Below, piece by piece: positions 63,101 through 64,000 of a DNA stretch of 64,000 nucleotides. Numbering within the stretch: position 1 is the stretch's first letter; every line of letters starts with the position of its first letter. The stretch comes from Vicugna vicugna (lineage: Eukaryota). The notes under the pieces were generated by a model. It was given only the letters and a program-made list of their open reading frames with translations. It did not search any database and was not told the origin of the DNA. A program made the position numbers and the translations under genes. Location: NCBI GenBank assembly GCA_013265495.1, contig MU063738.1, positions 744,001 through 808,000 of the forward strand, given 5' to 3'.

Positions 63101-64000
63101 CCCTGGGCAGGGAGGGGCCCTCACCTCCCTCCGTCTGGTCTGGGAGCTCCCTGAGAGTGAGGCCCTGATCCTTCCCACACCTGGGGACTCTCAGAGCCCT
63201 GGGCCCCCAGGGGTGGTGCCCCTGCCCTGTCCAGCTGGCGCTCCCGGAGGGCAGGGAGCTGACACGTCCTCAGAGAAAAAGAAGCTTCCTGGGACAGAGG
63301 CTGAGCCTGGCAGCACCCGACACCCAGGCCCTCCTCCTGCCCAGCAGGGCCTCTGCGCACAGGAGGAGCTGGACGACCCCTCCCAGGTCCCAGCCCCAGG
63401 CTGGTGGATCTGAGCGTGAGGTCGGCGGTCCCTGGGACTCGCAGGCAGTAAACAACCCCCTTCATGAGTCAGTTGTTCTGCTCCAGAGCAGTCTGCCAGC
63501 TGGACAGGCCCTGCCAGGCCCTCCCAGTGCATCCCAGGGCGGGGAGCCGTGGACAGTCTGGAGCTTGGCTACTTTCCAGTCTCTTCCAGTTTGAGCTGTT
63601 TACTGGGAGAGGGAGTCCCCGGAGAGGCCAGGGGTGGGGTGCCCCACTACCTGTGTGGTCCCCTGGAGGGCCCACAAACCAAGGACAGTGGAGGGAAGCA
63701 GAGTCAGCAGAAAGGTGCCCGCAAGCTTCCAGGAGCAGCGCAGCTCTGCTCTCAGGGCTGGGACCCCCACGTCCCCAGCTCTTCCTTCTTCCTCCCCTCT
63801 TGCCCACCTCCCCACTCTGTCCCCTCTGGCCCCCTCTGGCCCAGCTGCCCCGCAAGGCCAACCCTGACCATTGGGGCAGAAGAAGATAAGCAGAGGAAGA
63901 CGGCAAAGGGCTGGACAGGCCGGGGTCGGATGGGGAAGTTGTGTGGCTGGCAGAGGTATGCCGAGGAGAAGAGATGGGGCCAGGGTGGCGGGGCCGGGGG

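Noticed and set aside
16820-64000. Upstream exons of the long NAV1 isoform (e.g. ...MTEDDDITTG)
   Set aside because: Searched by eye and not found; they presumably lie beyond position 64000.
1-64000. CRISPR arrays, operons, rRNA or any prokaryote-type system
   Set aside because: This is a mammalian intron-exon locus. There are no repeat-spacer arrays or RNA genes, and the tandem repeats present are simple minisatellites.

Overview
Mammalian genomic DNA, GC- and CpG-rich, from a draft assembly with one 33-N gap at 59193-59225. It is most likely camelid, because four copies of a tRNA-derived SINE resemble camelid Vic-1. The window holds part of NAV1 (neuron navigator 1) on the minus strand. 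A CpG island at about 48.3-49.45 kb contains an alternative first coding exon (MLHLPPPRAGRTANFPR). After a 32 kb intron come 12 internal coding exons (16819 down to 5899) and the first 10 nt of a further exon that runs off the window start. The 14 segments join into one continuous frame (2336 nt, about 778 codons), all at GT-AG junctions except one: the exon at 9573-9625 has a corrupted 3' end and no donor, probably a base-calling or assembly artefact. The rest is intron, filled with L1, L2, MIR, hAT MITEs and LTRs. Most long ORFs in the track are GC-content artefacts. I found no evidence of a novel multi-gene system. The best leads are splicing details, an AP-1/NRF2-type motif cluster, and signs of GC-biased gene conversion. 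Comparisons with human NAV1 and repeat consensuses are from recall, not database searches.
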